From NCBI RefSeq assembly GCF_964188315.1, contig NC_135667.1:11780001-11844000 (forward strand): a stretch of 64,000 nt of DNA, in the 5' to 3' direction. Origin of the DNA: Podarcis muralis. Taxonomy: Eukaryota. Below, piece after piece: positions 36,701-46,800 of this stretch. A program made the position numbers and the translations under genes. Within the stretch, counting starts at the first letter, position 1, and the number at the start of each line of letters is the position of its first letter. The notes beneath the pieces are model-generated. The model was not told the DNA's origin. It saw nothing but the letters and a program-made list of their open reading frames with translations, and did no database searches.

Positions 36701-39700
36701 CCCACAATCTACAAACCTGCTCCTTCCAGGGGAGCGCAAGCCTATCAAAAAAGAGGCTATCTTCCCATTTCTAGAACTCAACCTGGAATACATAACACCT
36801 CTGCCTTTTCAGCTTCCAGTAAGAATCAATGACACATTGCATGAAGAGTCTCTCCATTGGTTGCCTTAAATATACAGTGGTATCTCAGTTTACAAACTTA
36901 ATCCATTCCGGAAGTCTGTTCTTAAACCGAAACTGTTCTTAAACCGAGGTGCGCTTTCCCTAATGAGGGAATGGTGCCCTTCCACCATTCGGCTTCCATT
37001 CTTAGACGGAGGTAAAGTTCGCAAACCAGGACACTACTTCCAGTTTTGCGGAGTTCGCAAACCGAATAGTTCATAAACAGGGCTGTTCTTAAACCGAGGT
37101 ACCACTGTACTGACTAACCACAAATTAGATAATCGTAAATCCCGTTCACCTGAGTCAAATCTCTGTGCCATTCAATTTTCTCTTCATTAATGGATAATAC
37201 AGCTCTTTTAAGATCTTGAGGATCTAGTCTTCCCACTTTGACTCTGGCATAGGAGTTATTTGGGAAAGTGGCCAAGCTTGTAATATCGAACCCAGATGAT
37301 AATTCTCCATCTTTGTTAAACATGATTTCATCTGCAGCACTGTTGTTGAATGAGATACTCTGAAGCCATGAATGGAGCTACAGGGAGAAAGAGAATAGAA
37401 TCGCATTTAAAATATTGAAATATTCTCACTGAGAATATACTTTTTCTATAGATTTTACATTAAGAAAGCAATTTCCAGACACTATAAACGTTATGTGAAG
37501 GGGGAAAAAATGATTCCATCTTTATAAAATAGTACGGCTTATACTGAGTAGATTGTATATGGTAGAACCAAGTTGACAGATAAAACATAGAACTTGGATA
37601 TGTCTATCAGGTGCCATACAATTAAATTCATTTTAATACATTTGCAGAATATCAATTGTTCAAGACTATTTTGATTCAAATAGTCAATGAATGAAGTTCA
37701 GTGTTTCTGAATAATCTGAATAATCACAAATGGGTTGCTTTCCCTTTCACAGATATTTGTAGATGGTACTTTATACATGCCCCGACCTTATTAGTGGTGA
37801 TAATTGGATTTCATAGCTTCATTTGTAGCATAAAGGATATCCAACATTCTTTAAACATATCTAATTTCCATCTGAACATTGTCAACAATTATATGACACT
37901 TTTGGATAAATATTTACAATATTAGTAAGAGTGCACTATCATATCTTATAGAATTAAAGAAGATTGTGTCACTTAAGGAGAATTCCTATGTCAAAATACA
38001 CTGGAATGAGGCCATCTTGCTTTGCAGTGAAAAGAATTGAAAAGATTCACAAGAAGAGGGAGGAGTCTCCATTTTCTGTCAGGCATAATGGCAATTGAAC
38101 ATCACACATCTGTAATATGTTGGAGGGGGATTTCCAGCCGGTGGCAGAGGACAGAGTGACTCCAGGAGACATAGGTGTAAAAACCCAAACTAAAACGAAG
38201 ACTTTATTACTAAGCAAATAAACACAAACTCTGGTGGATGTTATTCCTGCAGGCAGGCAACAAAACTCAGCTTTTTCCTTTATAGCAACGGTCACCTGCA
38301 GCCAATTAATCCCAGAAACTTCTTAAAGGTATACACACATGTTTCTGTGCCGAATGTCCTCTAACACCCCCTCTCATTCAAACAGAAACAATAGTATTTT
38401 AAACAGAACAGAACATATTTACATATCACACACAGCAACTCCCAACTTTGCTACCAGTCGTGCATGTTTTTTGAATTTCTAAACCGAGATAATTTTTTAC
38501 TGGACCCAAATCTCTTACTTTAAATTCCTTTCTTAGTTGTTCTGCAAATTTTTCCACTTGCTTGTCACCTTTTGTAGAGTAAAGCAAATCATCAACATAA
38601 CACAAACACAATTCTTGTTTATCACCCTTTCCTTTAGTGTACAAGCAGTTATCAGCTAAGCTTCTTTTAAAGCCAAGATTTTTTAAAGCATTATCAAGAC
38701 ACTCGCTCCAATTTCTAGCTGACTGTTTGAGCCCATAAATTGCTTTGTTCAGCCTATATACAGAATTCTGTTCTCCTGCCTCAAAACCTGGCGCTTGATT
38801 CATAAAAATTTCTTCTTGCAGATTTGCGTTAAGATAAGCTGTTTCAATATCAAAATGGTTTACCTTAAACCCACGTTGTGCTGCAAGAGCTAGCAATAAG
38901 CGTACACTTTCACTCCTTGCAGTAGGAGAAAAGGTTTCATCAAAGCTTTCACCTTTTCTTTGAGTAAAGCCTTGTGCTACCAGTCTGGCTTTGTACTTAA
39001 CATCACCATCTGCCAAGTGTTTTATTTTATACACCCATCTACAGCCCACTGCCTTTTTTCCTTCTGGCAATGGCTCAATGGTAAAGACATTGTGTTCTGC
39101 TAAAGATTTCATTTCTGCTTTCATTGCATTTTTCCACCTTACTATTTCCTGGTGTGGTAACTTTAAAACTTCCTCATAATCACGAGGTTCCTTTTTCACA
39201 TCAACAGTTTTAGCTTCTTGTATAGTAAACCTTTCTGGAGGTACCCCCTTATTGTTTCTTTGTGACCTTCTAACTTGAACACTCTCCCCCTCTGAACTAT
39301 CTTCCCCTTCTGATTTATCCTGCTCAGGAGAAATTGGTTCAGCTTTAGGAGATTGTGTACTGGGATCCTCATCCCCTGAATCCTCATCACTATCACTTTC
39401 AGAACTTTCTTTAATTTGTGGCTTTTCTTCCTCAGATTTCACAAATTTATCTGTATCATCAGAAGATAACACAACTTCTGAATTTCCATGTAAACGAACC
39501 CAACCATCTTGCTCACAAAACTCTGCATGTCTTGATATTACAACTCTGCCACGCCCTAGTGCAAAACGATACCCCTTTGACCAAGTTTGATAGCCAACAA
39601 ACCTAAGTTTCTTTGCCTTGGGCTCTCCTTTCCTTCTCTGTCCTTTTGGGATGTGAACCCAAGCCCAGCAACCAAAAGTTTTAACATGGTCCAAAAAGGG

Positions 39701-42700
39701 TTTTTTTCCATAAAGCAAAAAATGAGGGGTGTTGTTTATGGTAGAATGAAACAATCTGTTCTGTATGTAGTTAGCACACAGAATTCCTTCTCCCCAATAC
39801 TTCCTGGATAGGCCAGAATCACATAGCATTGAATCTAGCATTGTTTGTAAAGATCTTATCTTGCGTTCTGCAACTGAATTTTCTTCAGGCGAAAAAGGAC
39901 ACGATTTACGGTGACTAATACCACGTTTTTTCAACCAAACTTGGAGGGCTTCAGACATAAACTCGCCTCCACGGTCACTTTGCAACTGGGTAACTTTGTA
40001 GGGAAACTGCCTTTCTATATAGTTGACCCAATTCTTAATCAGTTGACCAGTTTCACTTTTGTGTTTTAACAAATATACCCAAGTATACCGGCTATAATCA
40101 TCCACAAGAACCAAAAAAAACTTTGCTCCTCCTTCAGACTCTGCAAATGGCCCACAAAGGTCTGAATGTACTAAAGCAAATGGCCTCTTGCTAATTCTAG
40201 TACTTTCAGGATAAGACCCTCGCTTACTTTTAGACTCCTTGCAGGTATTGCAGTCTAGAAAAACTGAAAATTTTTTCATTTTAATTCCCTTGCTTAATTC
40301 TGGCATTTTTGCAATACTGCGGAAATTGGCATGCCCCAAACGACGATGCCACAGATGCTGGCACTCATCATGCAAGGCTCTATTACAGGCTTTAACACAT
40401 GCCCCAGACTCACTTACTAGCTGGTCTTTCAAAACAAACAAACCATTTTGTAGTGACGCTGTAACCACTTTTCCAGCTTTCTCTATTCTACAGCCTGAAC
40501 CAGAAAAGGTTACTTTAAATCCCTGCTTAACAAGACTTGTTACTGAAAGCAAATTATTTTCTAAACTTGGTACACATAAAACATTGGTAAACTTGGTACT
40601 TAAACAGTTGATATTCACACTACCCTTTCCAGCTGACTCATGCACTGTTCCATCAGCTAGTACTACATTTACAGATTTACAAGGCTGCTTTTCTACAAGG
40701 GTTTGTGCAGACTTAACAAAAATGTTTGTCGCTCCTGAGTCTAAAATCCAGTCTTGTCCATCGTCGTGACTGGTGCCTCGAACTGCTGCAGAAACATACT
40801 GGACTCGACTCTTCCTATCTCCTCGCTTCCCAGCAAACGCAGGCCGCCCTTGTCTTGTATTTTCTCCCACAGACACAGTGCACTGTCGTACTAAATGCTT
40901 GGTTGACCCACAACGATAGCATCTTCTAACTGTGAACGCTGCTTCCTCTCTGTGGTTTACAACCTCTTTAGGATGCTGTTCCTCATCAGTTGCATATCTT
41001 TTACTGGACTGCCTCCCATTTCTGGAGTTACGGTGAGGGGTTGTGGCCTTCCTCTCATGGCGTCTTTCCTCCTCATCAAGCAAACGCCCAGTTAAGAAAT
41101 GCATTATTAATTGGCTTTCTGGGATTGCTTCCAGAGTCATCACTAAATTGTCCCATGACTCAGGAAGTGAAGACAGCACAATATAAACTTTTCTATGTTC
41201 AGAAAAATGTTCCCCAAGTTCATTTAACTGTGAAAATAAATCACGCATTCTTTGAAGGTGTGTTGAAACACATTCACCCTCACTTAGTCTGGCTCGGTAC
41301 AGAGCTCTCGTTAGAGTAATTTTGCTGCCAGCAGTGTCTCTAATATGTATTGCTCTCAGTGCTTGCCAAATCTCACTTGCTGTTTCAAGGTCTCGCACAT
41401 GAGATAACTGAGACTTCTCTAAACTCAAAATTAAATTGGCATAGGCTTTGTCCTCCAGCCTTTGGTCTGCTTCATCTACTTCTTCATCCTCCTCTTTTAC
41501 AGGAGGGTTAACAATAACAGTCCAACATTGTTCTTTCTTTAAAAATGCCTGCATCTGTAAACTCCATGACATATAATTGGACTCTCCCAGTTTCTCTACT
41601 GGAAAATAGGAAGCTCCCCCTTGAGCTCCAGCTCCAAGTCCAGCCATGGCGCCACCCAGCTTTCAGCTTTCCACTCAGTTCTTACTCACACGTGGCTTGA
41701 AGAAATGTTCGGCTCCTGGTCCCAAACAGACACTCCCTGCCGATGCCTTCACACAGCCAGCTGCTTGAGAAACGCTGAGTTGCTTCCAGTCTCTGGGTTC
41801 TTTTCACGCTCTGTCTCTGCCCACTCAAAACTGGGGACTGGGCCCATAACCTGTTGGAGGGGGATTTCCAGCCGGTGGCAGAGGACAGAGTGACTCCAGG
41901 AGACATAGGTGTAAAAACCCAAACTAAAACGAAGACTTTATTACTAAGCAAATAAACACAAACTCTGGTGGATGTTATTCCTGCAGGCAGGCAACAAAAC
42001 TCAGCTTTTTCCTTTATAGCAACGGTCACCTGCAGCCAATTAATCCCAGAAACTTCTTAAAGGTATACACACATGTTTCTGTGCCGAATGTCCTCTAACA
42101 TAATATATATTAGACCTTTGACAGTGACGAGCTATTACCTGCCAAGGTTGCACATTCAGGAAATCTAGTCCACCTTTATTCTTCATTGTTTTGTGTTTGG
42201 ATTTAGATGTAGAAATTCTATGTAAGGCATGTGCCACAGCATACACAGAATTATAGATACTGTAGCTGTGGCCTGTCATGCTCATTTCAAAAAAAGGTCC
42301 AGGAAGGCTCTCCAATCTCTCTTCTCCAGTACAGGATTCATCAAGATCTTGCAGAAAACAATCAAATGCTTGTTCCCAGAAATCTTTGATAAAGCCATCT
42401 TCTGTTGAACTGGAAGGGTTTATAAACTGAATAAAATTTTGGAAGCCAAGATGTTCATTTGAGTGAACTGTAAATGAAATTGCTCCATGAAACATTTGAA
42501 CATCCCACGTCCTTTGCAATATAAAGAATGCAAAATCAATTTGAGCTGTTGTAATCCACACCTTTCCAGGAATCATATATTCTTCATACTGAAGATCGCT
42601 TAAAGGCAATAACTTTTTCCACCACAGAATGGCTGCCAGCCACCTAATGATGGCTGTTTTACCATATATAAGCACTGCATTGGCTTTGGTTTTTCTGAAA

Positions 42701-43847
42701 CCTTTAATGCTATTCAAAATGTAATCATTCATTTCAGCAAGGTTGTGGAAACGCATTTCATCTGGAGCTCTGTTGGTGAAAGCTGAACAGATCCCGCTCT
42801 GGGAAAACATGGGCTCCATAGTCTTCAAGAAATGCTCTCCATTGTCATCATCCAAAATCATGATTCCAACCCATTTCCATCCAAAATGCAGAAGTAAATG
42901 AATAATTCCCTGGTACTGAAGCTCTTCATTAGGGACCATGCGGTAAAAAGAAGGAAGATCAGTTTGCTCATTCACGACTCGTTGGAATGAGCCATATGAA
43001 AACTAAAAAATGTAAAAAGGAGATATTTCAAGGAAGGGTCATACTTAGACTATAATCCTATATATATATTTATCTGCAATTAAGACCAATTGATATAATA
43101 AGGTTTCTTACTAAGTAGACCTGGGACTCAGCTAGATTGCTGTTGTGGTGTTTTTTTTTAAAAAATGTTTTATATGCGTTGTGTATGCAAAAAAAACACT
43201 GTGACACCAGATTGTGCTGTGGAGTCCCATCTTTCCCTACCAGATTTCCCTGTATGAACTTGCAACACGTTTTACTGAATCACTTCTTTGACATGTCTAG
43301 ATCCAGCCTTGGATAGCAATATTTATTGAATTATTGAGTTATTACTTATGGCCAATTAGCAGTAGGAATCCACTATGGGTTCGAGTTTTAGACACCTGCA
43401 TATCTTAGAAATTTGTCTATACCAACATACCGGCGTCTTTTCACCAAAGCCAGATTAAATGTATTTCCATCAGAAGTGTTAAACAGCAGACTGAGAGGTA
43501 TCCCTTATCAAAATAGGATCTGTGTGTGCTCTCAGGATGTCGACTGCATGAGGCATTTTTTATTGCATTGCGGACAATATGATGAAGCGAGAGAACTATT
43601 GATTAAACCACTATTAGCAAATCGGCCGGGTCAATCTGAAGCCTACTATATCAAATATCTTCTGGATGGACTAGTCCAATGATATCACAGTGGCCGTGGC
43701 AAAGTTTCTTTCAGTAGTCATACGAATCAAAGATCAACATATCCATGACTAAACAAATCACGCTTCGGTCTCCCTTCCCTGGGGGGTTGTCTATATGAGT
43801 TTGTATTTTATCTGCATCTATGTTATGGGTCATTGGACCACAATAAA

Positions 43848-43898
<51 letters not shown>

Positions 43899-46800
43899 AA
43901 GCTGCAATCCTCTGCAAGCATGTACTAGTGTAGCCTCTGTTTAACAGTGAGGTTTATTTCCAAGTAAATAGGGTTGCAATGTTAATTTCTATCCTGCCTT
44001 TTGATTGAAAAGTATCACAAAGGTAGCCTGCAAAGAATTATCAAGTGCAATTAAACACCCTTTTTCATTTGTTCTCATAGTGGAATGAAGAGATTTTGCC
44101 ATTTTTTTTGTAATCCTTTCCCCTAATACATCTTAAAATTGCTCAAAGTGTAATACTATTCATCACATTAATCTAAAATAATATGGATTTCCATCTGAAT
44201 AAGTATGTGAAATATTACATCCATAAGTAATTCTTATAAATGTAATCCCTAGGTTGTGCAAAATGATGAATGCTTTTCCTCTTACTATAGAATAATAGAA
44301 TTGTAGAATATTGAACAATTTTTTTATTGTTATTAATTAGAATTTTATACCACTTTATGTAACAAAGCTTTCCTAAGCAGTTTACATAAAATCAATTAAA
44401 ATTCAACAATGTTTAATAAATTGCCACACAAAACAACCCCTAGGTAAAAATGAGATAAAACCAAAATATTACTGTATCTTACATGTAAAACTGAGTAGCA
44501 TTATAAAAAATAAAGTCAGATTTCCAAAATAATCATATAAGTTTTTAACCTAATAATTGGTAGAATTGCTATAGCATCAAGATGGATATTCAGCTGCTGT
44601 TGGAAAATAATGTGAAAGTGTTATCAAAAATGTAAAAACTACTTTTAGAATGGCATACAAAAGATGAAGACGTTAAGGGAGTGATGATACATTGGACTAG
44701 AGAGTTTGAGGAAAAGATCCAACTTTCATCCTGGGAAAAGTTATGGAAAAAGGAAAAAAGATTTGCTGCATGCTGTTCGTTGAAAGAAAAATATATGAAA
44801 ATGCTGTATCATTGGTATCTAACACTGAGTAAAATTGTGAAAATGTAGCAAACAAGTTCAAAATTATGTTGGAAATGTAAAGTGAAAGAGGGAACTTTTT
44901 AACATAGGTGGTGGTCATGTACATCAGTAAAGGCTTTCTGGGATATATAATGAGTTAAAAAAATACATTTGTCAAAAAACCAGAAGCCTTTTGACTAGGT
45001 ATGATAGGTGAAGATTTTCCAAGAGACGATAAAAGACTTTTTATGTATGCAGCGATGGCAGTGAGAATGCTACTAGCCCAGAATCGGAAAGAAGGAAAAG
45101 TACCAACAAAAGAAGAATGACAGATGAAAACGATGGAGTTTGCATAAATGGCGAAACTGATGGGGAAGATCCGAAACCAGGAAGATCAAGTATTTTCTAA
45201 AGATTGAAGTAAATTTGTAATTTATGTAAAAGACCACTGTACACAGTTAAAATCTTGTGATCTGGAACTTGTAATGTGGAATTATTTATGGTAGTTATGG
45301 TTATATAATAGATGGATAAACTTAAATCTAAATATGGAACGCTTGGAGAGAGTGAAAGAGGTCTGAAGGTTCAAAAGAACCTTGTATTTTAATGTTTGAA
45401 ATGGTTTTGTTTTATATGTATAAAATTATCAGAAACTCAATAAAAAAATCAGCTGCATTAATATATCCTTAAATGACTTAACATATCAATAAAACATTCT
45501 TAACAGAACCATGATTAAACACATTTTAACTGAAATTTACAAATGTGAAAGTTCAACAAGACCATATAATAATTCAGTACACCCTTTTTCTTCTTCCTCA
45601 TCTCAAAAGTGCTTCTGAATTGGATAGTTTTAAAACTGTATTATTTAAAAAAGAACAGAGGAGAGATAGGCTGACTGACGATGGGCTAGCTGTACTTCAC
45701 TGTGATGGGAAGTCCAAAGACTTGAAGGCCTACATGCTATCAACCCTCATATAATTTAGAGTGAGGGAGTTTTGGATGTATCCACAAACTACAGAATAGA
45801 CATTTCATATCCATGTATTTCATCCTATCTTTCCCCAATCAAAAATTTCAATCTTGAAATTGCTATCTGAAAGAGGAGAGAGGAAAGAAGAGCAGATGCA
45901 TGAGATTAGAGAAGATCCCATAGACCCAACCCATGACTCCTACCTGTGGAATCTTGTACAGGCCTAAGATGTCTGACATGTGTGAAGAGGTATCGGAATC
46001 CAGACCGCCAATGACTCCCATTAAATTCCCCTGCCTGCCACATCTGTAGTTAGGGACAAACCTACGTGACTGGAAGAGCAGGCCCAACGTGGTACGATAT
46101 GTTATCCCTGCATCATAGTAGCTGTCGTAAATATGGAATCCAATAGTGATGTTTGGCAAAAGCTTGGGGTTTTTACTGATTTCCTGGACGGCAAACACCA
46201 AAGCCAGGATGTGCTGATAGAATTTTGTCACCACGCTGCAAGAAGAATATGATGTTTCATTGTAGAATTCTGAAATACTTGAACAGTGCATGAAATTGTG
46301 CCCCCCCCCCCCGATCTACAGGTCTGCTCTGCTTTAAAATAGATTAAGTTGCCTGGGACAGGGACATAACTGAGCAAAGGTAATTCCTTTTGCAATGCCT
46401 AATTACGCCTTTACATTCAATTGGGCGTCACTTTGCTGGCAGCCTCCTGCAAACCAATTACGAAATGCAATAAAGGAAGTTGGGAGCTGCCATTTCCAGT
46501 TCCCAAAATGAAGCATACCTGACAGAATGCCACCCCATGACCCACCTGGCCACACCTTTTCAAGTCCAACTATAAGGAACCGTCCCCCATATACCTGTGA
46601 TGTAAAGCACATTTTTCCACAGTACTGTTGCCTTTGGGATACAGTATGTGAATAGTGCTTTAGGGACATTTCTTTTTTCTTTTTTCCAATTCATCTTTAT
46701 CGGTTTCTTTTAACAAACATTCATGAAATCACTTTGTAACGTCTCCGTTTTCCTGTTACAGTTGTACCTCAGTTTACAAACTCTTCGGGTTACAAACGCT

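Larger units (their letters stand above)
38118..42100 (-). mobile_element. Ty1/Copia LTR retrotransposon, internally deleted, very recent
   Basis: Two 249-bp TG...CA LTRs, identical by eye; 5-bp TSD TAATA (38113-38117, 42101-42105); PBS and PPT present; gag-PR-IN-RT domain order. Confidence 0.97.

Noticed and set aside
38118-42100. Horizontal transfer of the Copia element from arthropods
   Set aside because: The shared PBS type alone is not evidence; it needs phylogeny and taxonomic distribution that I cannot compute.
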